Shown here: one piece after another, positions 8,589 to 18,743 of the stretch | Position numbering within the stretch: position 1 is the first letter of the stretch | Layout: each line of letters begins with the position of its first letter | IMG/VR virus record: IMGVR_UViG_3300024988_000067 | DNA length: 64,000 bases | Direction: 5' to 3' (one strand) | Source: a virus | Position numbers and translations under genes: made by a program | Notes under the pieces: model-generated | The model's input: only the letters and a program-made list of their open reading frames with translations | The model's database searches: none | What the model was told of the DNA's origin: nothing

Positions 8589-9086
8589 ATGTCAGGACCA
8601 GCACCGAAACCGACCGCGCTGAAACTGGTAGAAGGGAACAAAGGAAAGCGCAAGATCAATGCTCAGGAGCCGGATCCGGCATACCTGAATGACCTCACGC
8701 CGCCGGCCTGGCTTCCTCAAGCGGCCGCCGAAGTATGGAACGAAACGGCACCGAAGCTGCGTGCCGCCAAGGTGTTGACCGAGCTTGACGTACACGCTCT
8801 GGCAATGGGCTGCGTAGCCATCGCGCAGTACCGCGCCAGCGTCCGCCGCATCGGCGACGATCTGGTGAAGTCGAAGCATGCCACCAACGACGAAGGCAAG
8901 CCGATCGAGGTTGGCGAGCACGTCAATCCGTGGCTCATCGTGCAGAGCATGACCTACAAGCAGGCCATGGGCATCTTCGCGCAGTTTGGCCTCACGCCGG
9001 CCGCGCGCTCGCGCATCGCCATCAACCCGCAGGACGATTTGTTTGGCCATGGCCAAGCGCCGGCTAGTAAAAACTACTTCTCGTGA
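8589..9086 (+). CDS. terS: Terminase small subunit, P27 family
   Basis: MSGPAPKPTALKLVEGNKGKR...FGLTPAARSR. Confidence 0.9.
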   Translation: MSGPAPKPTALKLVEGNKGKRKINAQEPDPAYLNDLTPPAWLPQAAAEVWNETAPKLRAAKVLTELDVHALAMGCVAIAQYRASVRRIGDDLVKSKHATNDEGKPIEVGEHVNPWLIVQSMTYKQAMGIFAQFGLTPAARSRIAINPQDDLFGHGQAPASKNYFS

Positions 9087-10785
9087 TCCAGTCACCCGCT
9101 ACGCGCGGGCTGTAGTCAACGGCAAAATCACCGCCGGACCGCATGTGCGGGATGCCTGCAAGAGGCACCTGGCGGATCTGGAGCAAGCCCCATCGCGGGG
9201 CTTTTTTTTCGACCTCGAAAAGGTCGAGCGCGCCATCGGCTTCTACCGCGATGTCCTGCGGCTGAATGGCGGCGAGTACGAAGGCGTCGCCTACGAGCTC
9301 CTGCTGTGGCAGTGCTTCGTCGTCGGCAGTGTGTTCGGCTGGGTCGATGCCGACGGCTACCGGCGCTTCCGCCTGGCCTACGTCGAGACCGCCAAGGGAT
9401 CAGGCAAGTCTCCGTTGGCCGCCGGCGTCGGGCTGTACGGCCTGGTGGCAGACGGCGAGTCCCGCGCCGAGATCTACGCCGCCGCTACGAAAAAAGACCA
9501 GGCCATGATCCTGTTCCGCGATGCCGTCGCCATGCGCGATCAGTCGCCCGAGCTGGCCAAGCGCCTGACCAAAAGCGGTGTCGGCGAAAACGCATGGAAC
9601 CTGGCCTACCACCAGACCGGCAGTTTTTTCCGGCCGATCAGCGCCGACGATGGACAATCCGGCCCGCGCCCGCATATCAGCCTGCTCGACGAAATCCACG
9701 AGCACAAAACCGGTTATGTCGTCGAAATGCTCAAGGCCGGCCAGAAATCGCGGCGCCAGCCGCTGCTATTCGGCATCACCAACAGCGGAACCGACAAGCG
9801 CACCGTCTGCTGGGACTACCACGATTATGGCGCCAAGGTAGCGGCCGGCCAGATAGATCCTGGTGATGACAGCTTCTTCGCCTACATCTGCGCACTCGAC
9901 GAAGGCGACGACCCGTTCAAGGACGAATCCTGCTGGGAAAAGGCCAACCCCAGCCTCAAGCACGGCCTGCCGGGTATCAAGTACCTGCGCGAACAGGTCA
10001 CCCAGGCGCGCGGCATGCCCGGCAAGGAATCCATCGTCCGCCGGCTCAACTTCTGCCAGTGGGTCGAGGCCGAAGCGCCGTGGATAGGCGGGGACATCTG
10101 GTTCGATGCTGCGCCTGAGCTGGAATTCGACGAAGCCAGCCTGTATGGCAGGCGCTGCTGGGGCGGCCTCGACCTCTCCAGCACCCAGGATTTGACCGCC
10201 CTGGTGCTGCTGTTCGAGCCCACCGCAGCCGATCCGCACTGGCGTCTCAAGCCGTGGTTCTGGCTTCCTGGAGACGGCCTGCACGACAAGGCAGACAAAG
10301 ACCGCGTGCCCTATATCGCCTGGCGAGACGCTGGCCACCTGGCCGCGCTGCCGGGCCGGGCCATCGACAAGCTGGCCGTCCTGCATAAGCTCGCGCAGAT
10401 CGCCAGCCTGTACGACGTCCATGAGATCGCCTACGACGAATGGCGCATCGCCGACCTGCTCATGCTCATCCAGCAGGAAGGGCTATCCATGCCGCCGCTG
10501 GCGCCGTTCCGCCAGGGATTCAAAAGCATGGCCCCAGCGGTCGACGAATTCGAGCGCCTGCTGCTCGGTCGCCACATGAAACACGACGGCAACCCGGTCA
10601 TGACCTGGAACGCCGCAAACGCCGTCGTCGTCAGTGACCCGGCGGGTAATCGCAAGATCGCAAAAGAGCGCGCCACCGGCCGCGTCGATGGAATCGTCGC
10701 CGCCGTCATGGCCGCAGGCCGGGCCATGACCAAGGAAGAGCGGCCCGACATCAACCAATTTCTGGAAGACCCCATCAGCGCATGA
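9049..10785 (+). CDS. terL: Terminase large subunit
   Basis: Walker A TAKGSGKS, Walker B LLDEIHE, nuclease GLDLSSTQDLTA and RVDGIVA. Confidence 0.95.
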   Translation: MAKRRLVKTTSRDPVTRYARAVVNGKITAGPHVRDACKRHLADLEQAPSRGFFFDLEKVERAIGFYRDVLRLNGGEYEGVAYELLLWQCFVVGSVFGWVDADGYRRFRLAYVETAKGSGKSPLAAGVGLYGLVADGESRAEIYAAATKKDQAMILFRDAVAMRDQSPELAKRLTKSGVGENAWNLAYHQTGSFFRPISADDGQSGPRPHISLLDEIHEHKTGYVVEMLKAGQKSRRQPLLFGITNSGTDKRTVCWDYHDYGAKVAAGQIDPGDDSFFAYICALDEGDDPFKDESCWEKANPSLKHGLPGIKYLREQVTQARGMPGKESIVRRLNFCQWVEAEAPWIGGDIWFDAAPELEFDEASLYGRRCWGGLDLSSTQDLTALVLLFEPTAADPHWRLKPWFWLPGDGLHDKADKDRVPYIAWRDAGHLAALPGRAIDKLAVLHKLAQIASLYDVHEIAYDEWRIADLLMLIQQEGLSMPPLAPFRQGFKSMAPAVDEFERLLLGRHMKHDGNPVMTWNAANAVVVSDPAGNRKIAKERATGRVDGIVAAVMAAGRAMTKEERPDINQFLEDPISA

Positions 10786-12032
10786 TCAACCCTATCGCCT
10801 GGATCGCCGGCTGGTTCCGCTTCGGCGGTTTCGCCCTTGGAGACCGCAGCGGCACCCAGGTTGGCGCTCCGGCCAGCGCGCTCGTCGACGGCACGCGAAC
10901 CGTCGGCGCCGACAGTGCCCTGCAGATCAGCACCGTATGGGGATGCGTGCAGACGCTTTCCGGCATCATCGCCAGCCTGCCGCTATTCGTCTACCAGGAG
11001 CGCGGAAAAGGCCTGCGCGACCTCGCCCGCGACAACGGCCTGTGGAACCTGCTGCACGACTCGCCGAACGCCCGCATGACCCCGGTCGAATTCTGGACCG
11101 CCATGCTGCTCAACCTCCTGCTGCGCGGCAATGCCTATGCCCGCATCGAGCGATCGGCAAACGGCGAAGCCTACGCCCTCTGGCCCATGAGCGCAGACCA
11201 GGTCGAACAGCAGGTGCTGCCGGACGGCAGCGTGATCTACCTCTACCGCATCGGCAGCGACATTGCCGTACTGGCATCAGACAACGTGCTTCACCTAAAG
11301 GGCATGGGAAACGGCACCATCGGCCTGTCCCGCCTCGACTACATGCGCGCCAGCGTCGACGAAGCCGCCAACGCCCAGACCGCCGCCAACCGCGTCTTCG
11401 CTAACGGCGGCAAGCCCACCGGCGTCCTCATGATCGATCAGGTGCTCACCCCCGAACAGCGCACCCGCATCAAGGCCAACTTCGAGGAAATGGCCACATC
11501 CAGCACCAGCCGCCTGTTCGTCCTCGAAGCCAACATGAAATACCAGCAGGTCAGCCTGTCGCCCAACGACATGCAGCTGCTCACCACGCGTCAGTTCGGC
11601 GTCGAGGAGATCTGCCGCTGGTTCGGCGTCCCGCCCGTCATGGTCGGCCATGCCAACGTCACCGCCTGGGGCACCGGCATCGAGCAGATCATCGACGGCT
11701 TCTTCAAGGTCACCGTCCGTCCCGCCCTCGTCAACATCGAGCAGGCCCTGAAAAAGCGCGTCCTCACCACCGCGCAGCGCGCGCGCTACACCGTCGAATG
11801 GAACTTCGACGGCCTCCTGCGCAGCAACATCAAGGACCGCTTCGAGGTATACGCCAAGGCCGTGCAGAACGGCCTCAAAACCCGCAACGAATGCCGCCAG
11901 CTCGAAAACGACCCGCCCATCACCGGCGGCGACGAACTGACGGCGCAAAGCAACCTGCTGCCGCTCGACAAGCTCGGCACAACCCAACCAGGAGCCTCCA
12001 ATGCTGGCACACAAAACACTGTCGCTCAGTGA
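10782..12032 (+). CDS. Portal protein, HK97 family
   Basis: LLRGNAYA, VLHLK, GLSRL, EEICRWFGVPP, KTRNECRQLEN motifs. Confidence 0.95.
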   Translation: MINPIAWIAGWFRFGGFALGDRSGTQVGAPASALVDGTRTVGADSALQISTVWGCVQTLSGIIASLPLFVYQERGKGLRDLARDNGLWNLLHDSPNARMTPVEFWTAMLLNLLLRGNAYARIERSANGEAYALWPMSADQVEQQVLPDGSVIYLYRIGSDIAVLASDNVLHLKGMGNGTIGLSRLDYMRASVDEAANAQTAANRVFANGGKPTGVLMIDQVLTPEQRTRIKANFEEMATSSTSRLFVLEANMKYQQVSLSPNDMQLLTTRQFGVEEICRWFGVPPVMVGHANVTAWGTGIEQIIDGFFKVTVRPALVNIEQALKKRVLTTAQRARYTVEWNFDGLLRSNIKDRFEVYAKAVQNGLKTRNECRQLENDPPITGGDELTAQSNLLPLDKLGTTQPGASNAGTQNTVAQ

Positions 12033-12684
12033 TTGCGACATCAAGATGGACGGCGGAGAAGGCCGCTTTTCGGGATATGCGTCCGTCTTCGGCGGCGTCG
12101 ACTCATACGGCGACACTATCGTCAAAGGCGCCTACGAATACACCCTCAAGAAAAACGGCAAGCCCAAGATGTTCCTCCAGCACGAAAGCTGGAGCCTTCC
12201 AATCGGAAAATATCTCGTCGCCAAGGAAGACGACCACGGCCTGTTCGTCGAAGGCGAGCTGACCCCCGGTCTCAGCAAGGCCCAGGATACCTACGCCGCG
12301 CTCAAGCACGGCACCCTCGACGGCCTCTCCATCGGCTACATGCTCAAGGCTGGAGACTACGAAGAACTCGCCGACGGCACCCGCCTCATCAAGCGCGTCA
12401 GCAACCTGGTCGAGGTATCGCCCGTCGTCTTCCCGGCAGACAGCGCCGCCCGGGTCGATCTGGCCAGCGTCAAGACCGCTGTCGACACAATCGAAACCAT
12501 CCGAGATTTTGAGCGCTTCCTGCGGGATGCAGGCGGCCTCAGCAAAGGGCTGACCGAAGCGCTCGTCAGCCGCGCCAAGATCGTCTTCGGTCAGGGGGAT
12601 CCTGATCTGCAGCCAGTCGAAGCGAAAGCCATGGCCGAGCTGATGGAACGCATCAACAGAGCCGCAGCGCGCATCCCGCAGTAG
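12001..12684 (+). CDS. Prohead protease, HK97 family
   Basis: FSGYASVFGGVDSYGDTIVKGA, PIG, DGLSIGY, LVEVSPV. Confidence 0.95.
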   Translation: MLAHKTLSLSDCDIKMDGGEGRFSGYASVFGGVDSYGDTIVKGAYEYTLKKNGKPKMFLQHESWSLPIGKYLVAKEDDHGLFVEGELTPGLSKAQDTYAALKHGTLDGLSIGYMLKAGDYEELADGTRLIKRVSNLVEVSPVVFPADSAARVDLASVKTAVDTIETIRDFERFLRDAGGLSKGLTEALVSRAKIVFGQGDPDLQPVEAKAMAELMERINRAAARIPQ

Positions 12685-12689
12685 AAAAT

Positions 12690-12730
12690 CCGTTCGGGCT
12701 GATCGTGAGCTAGTCGAACGATCGAAGCCC
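12690..12730. repeat. REP-like hairpin element, copy 1
   Basis: ccgttcgggct...gagctagtcgaa...agccc; shares stem and loop with 19958-19990. Confidence 0.55.
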
Positions 12731-12749
12731 TGTTCGCATCACCCAATCC

Positions 12750-12775
12750 AAACCCGCTTCGGCGGGTTTTTATTT
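12750..12775 (+). terminator. Hairpin plus T-run between protease and capsid genes
   Basis: aaacccgc-ttcg-gcgggttt-tt. Confidence 0.65.
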
Positions 12776-12789
12776 TCAGGAGAAACACC

Positions 12790-13950
12790 ATGTCCGACCT
12801 GTCCCAAATCATGAAGGCCGTCGAAGGCCTCGAAACCAAACTGGCTGCCTATGCCGAAAAAGCCGAACAGGAAGCCAAGGCCGCCGGCAGCGTATCCAAA
12901 GACACCCAGGCCGCCATCGAAGGCCTCGGCCTCAAGCAGCGCGAGCTCGCCGACGAAATCCTGCAGCTCAAGCAGCGCGGCGTCCACATGCCCGGCGACG
13001 ATCCCAAGATCAGCTCCTGGGGCAAGCAGTTCATCGAATGCGACGGCTACAAGGCATTTGCCGCCGGAAACGCCAACAAAGTGCGTCTGGAGATCAAGAA
13101 CACCCTCACCGGATCTGACACCACCGTCGCACCCGATCGCAAGCCAGGCGTCGTCCCTGGCGCGTTCCAGCCGCTCACGATGGAATCCCTGTTCCCCTCG
13201 CTGCCAACCAGCTCCAATGCCATCGAGTTCACCAAGGAAAACGTCTTCACCAACAGCGCCGCCGAAGCGTCAGAAGGCGCGCAGAAAGCGGAATCCGCGC
13301 TCACCTGGACGTTGGTCAACATGCCGATCTCCACCGTAGCCCACTGGATCAAGATCAGCCGCCAACTCGCCGCCGACAACCAGGCACTTGCCGCCTACGT
13401 CGACACCCGCATGCGCTACGGCGTCAACCGCAAGGTCGAGACCCAACTCGTCTCCGGCGATGGCGTCGCGCCCAACATCAGCGGCATTCTGGGCGCCGGC
13501 AACTACACCGCCCACGGCTATGCAGACGCCAACCTCGGTGCCACGCTGAAAAAGCTGGTGCTGATCCGCAAGATCATCGGCGATCTCGAGGCCGCCGGCT
13601 ACAACCCGGATGGCATCGTCCTCAACCCCGCCGACTGGGCGCAGGTCGAAATCGACATTTTCACCGCCAACACCAACCTCGTCGCGTTCCGCTACGACGC
13701 CGAAGGCAACCCGGTGCTGTTCGGCCGGCGCGTCGTCACCAGCGTCGGCATGACCGCCGACAACGTCGCCGTCGGCGCATTCCAGCAGGCCGGCACCATC
13801 CACAACCGCGAAGGCGTTACCGTCGACATGAGCGAGTCCGACAGCGACAACTTCACCAAGAACCTCATCACCATCCGCGCCGAGCGCCGCCTCGCGCTGG
13901 CCACCGAAGTCCCGGCAGCCATCCGTGCCGGCGACCTCACCCCGGCCTGA
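12790..13950 (+). CDS. Major capsid protein, HK97 fold
   Basis: N-terminal coiled-coil delta domain; EGAQKAES, TVAHWIKISRQL, FTKNLITIRAERRLAL. Confidence 0.95.
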   Translation: MSDLSQIMKAVEGLETKLAAYAEKAEQEAKAAGSVSKDTQAAIEGLGLKQRELADEILQLKQRGVHMPGDDPKISSWGKQFIECDGYKAFAAGNANKVRLEIKNTLTGSDTTVAPDRKPGVVPGAFQPLTMESLFPSLPTSSNAIEFTKENVFTNSAAEASEGAQKAESALTWTLVNMPISTVAHWIKISRQLAADNQALAAYVDTRMRYGVNRKVETQLVSGDGVAPNISGILGAGNYTAHGYADANLGATLKKLVLIRKIIGDLEAAGYNPDGIVLNPADWAQVEIDIFTANTNLVAFRYDAEGNPVLFGRRVVTSVGMTADNVAVGAFQQAGTIHNREGVTVDMSESDSDNFTKNLITIRAERRLALATEVPAAIRAGDLTPA

Positions 13951-14015
13951 TGATCGAGGCGTAATGGCCCTGGCCATTCCTTTTGGAGTGGCCTTTCCCA
14001 TTGCGTGACAAACCC

Positions 14016-14216
14016 ATGAACCTCGTCGAACTCCGCATCAAACGAACCCTGGATACCAGCCGCTACGGCGCCCTGTCGGATGGTGACATCCTGCGCACCG
14101 ACGCCGCCTATGCGCGCCATCTGGTCGATGATCTCGCTGCGGCCGTGTACATCCAGAAACCTGCGGCGCAGCCCGCCCGCACCCGCAAACCGAAGACCCG
14201 CAAGGAAAAGCCATGA
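14016..14216 (+). CDS. Small head-associated protein
   Basis: Directly after the capsid gene; basic C-terminal tail. Confidence 0.55.
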   Translation: MNLVELRIKRTLDTSRYGALSDGDILRTDAAYARHLVDDLAAAVYIQKPAAQPARTRKPKTRKEKP

Positions 14217-15934
14217 CCATCAGATTTGTAAAATATTGGAACGGATATTCTCCCGATGCGATCGTTTATAACCTGGGCAGTACGGAAGAAGCGCGTCTGG
14301 TATCGCTCGGATATGCCACGACTGACCTGGATGGACCTGATGGTAGTGGCGAACTCAGCCGCTGGAACCAGACCCGCAGCGGGCTGGTTGATCCAGTGAC
14401 GGGCCTGTCAATAACGCCCGGATATACCAAAAAAGTCCACTCGGTCAAAGGAAAGCAAATCCTCGACTTTGCTGATCCGACCTTCCTCGCATCCGGCGCC
14501 TCGTTCTCCGGCGCAGGCTCCTACCTGAGCGCCGGACGCGTTGCCGTCCAGTCAACTGGAACTCTGGTAAATAATCCGACCGGCTGGCATGACGGTACAC
14601 CATGCCTTGAATTTACGCCGAATGCGGATACTGCCGAATTCCGCTTCTATTTCGATGGAGCGCTAGGCGCAGGGCTGCCGAACTCTCCGATGAACTTCAA
14701 CGATGTGAACGGCATCGCAATGGACTTCGACATCACTGGTGTCGATACCACCAAGTCGAACTTCAGCATCGGGATGGAGTTCTCGACCGACGCGACCAGC
14801 CTTTTCCCATCAAATAAGGCAGGATTCAGCTGGTTCATCAACAACTCAGCCTCAACTGCAACCTATAAGGAATTCAAGGGTCGCAAGTATTACCGCTTTC
14901 GATTCGACAGCACGACTACTGACGCAAAATGCAGTCAATTCCCAGGATACGGTCTTAGTGCGGTTTTGTCTGGTACTGGCGCCGACTATACCGCCCCGAT
15001 CAAGTTCATTCGGATGACGCTCACCAAGTTCTCAGGCAAGACCATCAAGTTCAAGCGTCTGCTGCGTGGCGGGTACTCCACGCCTTGCATCATCATGGGT
15101 ACGGATAACGCAGGGCCGTTGTCTCTGGATACGCTGGTCGCTCCGCTGGTTGCAAAGAATGCAGTCGGGTTTTATGCCAATCAGTATTGGGCTGAACTCG
15201 ACGCAAGTAGCGGCGCAGCGCTTGAACGCTTCAACCGCCTTTACGACGCTGGATGGGAGCTGAACGGAAACGATGTGATTGATCGCCCGCTTGGTGCAAC
15301 TGTGCTGGACCAGCCGACGATGGCTTCTGCCATTCAGACCACCCGCACCCGGCAGATTGCGGAAGGCTGGCAGGAGGGATGCCGAGTCTGGGTAGCGAAC
15401 AACAACAGCACCAGCTACCTGATGATTCAGGAATTGCAGGCAGCCGGATATGTGGCAAACCGCAATGGAACTGAAGAGGGGCGTTATGTTTTCCCCGAAG
15501 GCGGTGTGCCTGACGCATTCCGCATGCCTTCGCCTTCATGTGACGGGAAGTTTCTGGCAGACATCCAGCCGATGATTGATCGCTGCGTCGAGTATGGCGC
15601 GACGATGTGGCTGTATTTCCATAACACCTGGTCCAAGGCGCAGATCGACTCCGACCGCACCAACAACGTCACTGGAACAGTGGGTGCCCCCATTGCCGTG
15701 AATGCCGGAGAAACCCCCGCCGCCTATCGTGCACGGGCAGTTGCGCTCGGCACGGCGGTAGGCACCGCCACAGTGACGTACCTTGACAGCAAGATTGGCA
15801 GCTCCGGGGCGGCATTGGCGATTTTCTACGAAGACCTGCAACCGATCATCGAGTACATCGGCACACAGGAACGCGCTGGTGTGCTGGTATCACGTCGGCC
15901 TTCGGATTGGTGCCGGGATGTCGGGTTGCTGTAA
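14213..15934 (+). CDS. Putative virion (head fibre/decoration) protein with C-terminal polysaccharide-deacetylase-like domain
   Basis: C-terminal IIMGTDNAG...GFYAN...LYDAGWEL...WLYFH pattern resembles CE4/NodB; visibly lower GC3 than flanks. Confidence 0.55.
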   Translation: MTIRFVKYWNGYSPDAIVYNLGSTEEARLVSLGYATTDLDGPDGSGELSRWNQTRSGLVDPVTGLSITPGYTKKVHSVKGKQILDFADPTFLASGASFSGAGSYLSAGRVAVQSTGTLVNNPTGWHDGTPCLEFTPNADTAEFRFYFDGALGAGLPNSPMNFNDVNGIAMDFDITGVDTTKSNFSIGMEFSTDATSLFPSNKAGFSWFINNSASTATYKEFKGRKYYRFRFDSTTTDAKCSQFPGYGLSAVLSGTGADYTAPIKFIRMTLTKFSGKTIKFKRLLRGGYSTPCIIMGTDNAGPLSLDTLVAPLVAKNAVGFYANQYWAELDASSGAALERFNRLYDAGWELNGNDVIDRPLGATVLDQPTMASAIQTTRTRQIAEGWQEGCRVWVANNNSTSYLMIQELQAAGYVANRNGTEEGRYVFPEGGVPDAFRMPSPSCDGKFLADIQPMIDRCVEYGATMWLYFHNTWSKAQIDSDRTNNVTGTVGAPIAVNAGETPAAYRARAVALGTAVGTATVTYLDSKIGSSGAALAIFYEDLQPIIEYIGTQERAGVLVSRRPSDWCRDVGLL

Positions 15935-15957
15935 TACCACCTAATACCAACTACCCA

Positions 15958-15979
15958 GCCGCCTTCGGGCGGCGTTTTT
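15958..15979 (+). terminator. Intrinsic terminator
   Basis: gccgcc-ttcg-ggcggc-gttttt. Confidence 0.75.
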
Positions 15980-16005
15980 CATTCCACCAGCATCAAGGCC
16001 AATCA

Positions 16006-16308
16006 ATGAACGAAAGCATTGACGGAATCAAGCAGGCCGCGTCCTGCGCAGGGGGATGGCATCACTGGATCCCATTTGCGGCGCTCATGGCAAAGGATGC
16101 CGTCCCGCAAAACAGACCGATGGCGACGAGGCTGGTTGAGCAGGCCTTCGTCGCGATCATCGCCGGCGGCGGCTCGGCCTACACGGTAAACGATGCCGTC
16201 CAGGCCCGCCATGACGAGCAGATCAAGGCGCTCAAGGAACAGGTGCGCGACAGCGAAGTGCGGCTCACTGCCCAGATCATGGAACTGCGCGCGCGGCAAC
16301 TCAAATGA
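16006..16308 (+). CDS. Membrane/coiled-coil protein (lysis-module candidate)
   Basis: Hydrophobic AFVAIIAGGGSAY segment followed by a coiled coil. Confidence 0.55.
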   Translation: MNESIDGIKQAASCAGGWHHWIPFAALMAKDAVPQNRPMATRLVEQAFVAIIAGGGSAYTVNDAVQARHDEQIKALKEQVRDSEVRLTAQIMELRARQLK

Positions 16309-16499
16309 CCGCGCCGCGCAAGGTGACTGTCCAGGTATCCGTCTGGTTCGAGGATATGGCCATGGAAGACACCGACGCGGCGATGGACATCATCAAAAGC
16401 ATTCTGGCCACGACCAGCCATGAATGCCAGGACGAAATAAAACGGGCGCTGGCCGCTGCCGGTGCCCGTGACATCAGCATCAGCATGCTGGCCTACTGA
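16305..16499 (+). CDS. Hypothetical protein (64 aa)
   Basis: ATGA-coupled ORF. Confidence 0.55.
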   Translation: MTAPRKVTVQVSVWFEDMAMEDTDAAMDIIKSILATTSHECQDEIKRALAAAGARDISISMLAY

Positions 16500-16510
16500 A
16501 AGGATCTCCC

Positions 16511-16753
16511 ATGAAAACCCTCATCTCCGCCGCGCTCGCCGTGGCGCTGTCCGGTTGCGCCCAATATGGCGTGGTCAAGACCGCCGTTGCTGTCGAAGGC
16601 GCCAAGGCAGCAGACGAAGTGCGCGCCACCGCAGAATGGACACTGTGCGACGCCATCAGCGTCGGCGCCTGGCGTCGCGCCTATGCCGGCGATCCGGTGA
16701 AGGCCGATGGCTGGAAATCGCTGTGCACGGCGCCTGCTGGAGCCCCGCAGTGA
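16511..16753 (+). CDS. Lipoprotein
   Basis: Signal peptide II lipobox LSGC; RBS AAGGA. Confidence 0.75.
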   Translation: MKTLISAALAVALSGCAQYGVVKTAVAVEGAKAADEVRATAEWTLCDAISVGAWRRAYAGDPVKADGWKSLCTAPAGAPQ

Positions 16754-17184
16754 GCGAACTCATCCGCCTCGACCGCATGGGCTCCACGCCCTGGGGCACG
16801 CTCGGCACCCTGCGCCTGCCGGATGGGACTGCATTCCCCACGCTGGAACCGCAGTGGCGCGGCAACATGAGCAGCATCAGCTGCATCCCGGCCGGCGAAT
16901 ACGCACTGGCCATGCGCAGCTCGCCCATCGTTGCCAAGACCAGCGGCTTCGAGTTCGGCCGCGGCTGGGAGATCGACGGCGTGCCAGGGCGCGATCTGAT
17001 CATGATCCACCCGGGAAACTGGGAAAAGAACACCGAAGGCTGCATCCTGGTGGGCCGTGCCCACGCCGTCATCCAGGGTACGCCCGGCGTCACCGCCAGC
17101 CGCGCCGCATTCAAAGACCTGATGGCGCGTCTCGCCAAGCGCGCTGACTGGCGCATCGCCATCGCCTGGCTGGTGCCGCAATGA
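16750..17184 (+). CDS. DUF5675-family protein (candidate endolysin, L,D-transpeptidase-like)
   Basis: GTLGTL...TLEP...ISCIPAGEY...VPGRDLIMIHPGN...TEGCILVG; GTG start overlaps the lipoprotein stop. Confidence 0.75.
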   Translation: MSELIRLDRMGSTPWGTLGTLRLPDGTAFPTLEPQWRGNMSSISCIPAGEYALAMRSSPIVAKTSGFEFGRGWEIDGVPGRDLIMIHPGNWEKNTEGCILVGRAHAVIQGTPGVTASRAAFKDLMARLAKRADWRIAIAWLVPQ

Positions 17185-17909
17185 TCATCGCGCCCGACGA
17201 TCCCTGCCTCGTCGAAGCCCTGCTCGATCCACGCTTCATCCGGCGCTACCTTGCCGAGGGCGACTCCTGGTTCTCGCTCGGCGGATGGACCGGAAACCAA
17301 CTCATGGCGCTCGACGACGACAACACCCTGATCGTCAATTGCGCATATCCAGGCGACACCCTGAAAGACATGGGGCGCAGCCAGTTCGCCGCCGCGCTGT
17401 CGGCGACGGATGGGATCAAGCCATGGACAGCCGTGCTGCTCTCCGGCGGCGGCAACGATCTGCTGAAACGCTGCACGCAATACATCGTGCCAGATCCATC
17501 CGGCCCGATTGATTTCGATTCGCTCTCCGCCATCCTGGCTGAGATCGAACGTCATCTCGTACGCATCCTGGATCTATGCCGCACCGCTCAGCCGGGCGTG
17601 CCTGTGTACATGCACACATACGACCATCCGCCGGTCAGCCGGCGCTGGTGGTGGTGGCAGCTTGGGCCATGGGTATCGCCGGCGCTCAGAGCCGCAAGCA
17701 TCGATCGCTCAAGATGGGACGGCCTCGCCGCCATGCTGATCGATAACTTCGCCGAACTGCTACACAAACTGTCCGCATCCTGGCCCAGCCTCACCGTCGT
17801 CGAAACGCGCGGCAATTTGCTGGCCAGCGACTGGCAGAACGAAATCCACCCGAAAACCATCGGGTACCACGAGCTCGCCCGCCCCTGGCGACGAGCGCTC
17901 AACCACTGA
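17181..17909 (+). CDS. SGNH/GDSL hydrolase
   Basis: Block I AEGDSWF, block III GGGNDL, block V NEIHP. Confidence 0.8.
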   Translation: MIIAPDDPCLVEALLDPRFIRRYLAEGDSWFSLGGWTGNQLMALDDDNTLIVNCAYPGDTLKDMGRSQFAAALSATDGIKPWTAVLLSGGGNDLLKRCTQYIVPDPSGPIDFDSLSAILAEIERHLVRILDLCRTAQPGVPVYMHTYDHPPVSRRWWWWQLGPWVSPALRAASIDRSRWDGLAAMLIDNFAELLHKLSASWPSLTVVETRGNLLASDWQNEIHPKTIGYHELARPWRRALNH

Positions 17910-17922
17910 AAGGAGCAGCACC

Positions 17923-18159
17923 ATGCAATATCAAAGCAAAGCCGCCATCCAAAGCCTGGGCGTTACCGGCCCGCTCATCTCCATCATTGTCATCGCCCTC
18001 GGCATGTTCGGCATCGATGTGTCGAAAGACCTGGCCGGATTCGCCGACACCATCGCTGCCATGATCGACAACGGCATCGTCATCGTCGGCATCGTCGTCG
18101 GCATCTACGGCCGCATCCGCGCCTCCGCCCAGATCACCGGCCTGTTCCGCGCCAAGTAA
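17923..18159 (+). CDS. Holin-like membrane protein
   Basis: Two TM segments, basic C-terminus. Confidence 0.6.
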   Translation: MQYQSKAAIQSLGVTGPLISIIVIALGMFGIDVSKDLAGFADTIAAMIDNGIVIVGIVVGIYGRIRASAQITGLFRAK

Positions 18160-18163
18160 ACCG

Positions 18164-18742
18164 ATGCGCATCAAGCTCATCAGCGGCCCGGCAGCCGAGC
18201 CGATCACCGCAGCCGACATCGTCGGCCGCATCGGCGTCAACGTCGGCGACATCGCCAGCGCCGACCTTACCGCCATGATCGCCAGCGCCCGCCGCTGGGT
18301 GGAGGACTACACCAGCCGCGCGCTGATCGACCAGACGCTCGAGCTCGCGCTCGATGCGTTCGACAGCGCGCCCATCGAGCTGCCGCGCTCGCCGGTGTCG
18401 GCCATTACCTCGGTCAAATACACCGACACCGCCGGCGCCGAGCAGACCGTCAACGCGGCAGGCTATGTGCTAGACGACTACGACAGCGTGCACCGCCTGC
18501 TGCTCGCCTACGGCTATGCATGGCCCAGCCCGCGCGTCCAGCCCAACGCCGTGCGCATCCGCTACGTCGCCGGCTACGGCGCCGACGGCACCGCCGTGCC
18601 GGAACCCATCGTCCAGGCCATCGTCCTCATCGTCGGCCAGGCCTACCGCGCCCAGCCCGGCCGCGAATCCGGCCTTTACCCGGCGATGATCCCCAACGCC
18701 GCCAAGGAACTGCTGGCGCCGTTCCGCCTGCTGGCCTTCTGA
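18164..18742 (+). CDS. Head-tail connector (gp6-like, phiE125 gp8 family)
   Basis: AEPIT...SARRWVEDYTSRALIDQT...LPRSPVSAITSVKY...VRIRYVAGYG. Confidence 0.85.
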   Translation: MRIKLISGPAAEPITAADIVGRIGVNVGDIASADLTAMIASARRWVEDYTSRALIDQTLELALDAFDSAPIELPRSPVSAITSVKYTDTAGAEQTVNAAGYVLDDYDSVHRLLLAYGYAWPSPRVQPNAVRIRYVAGYGADGTAVPEPIVQAIVLIVGQAYRAQPGRESGLYPAMIPNAAKELLAPFRLLAF

Positions 18743-18743
18743 C

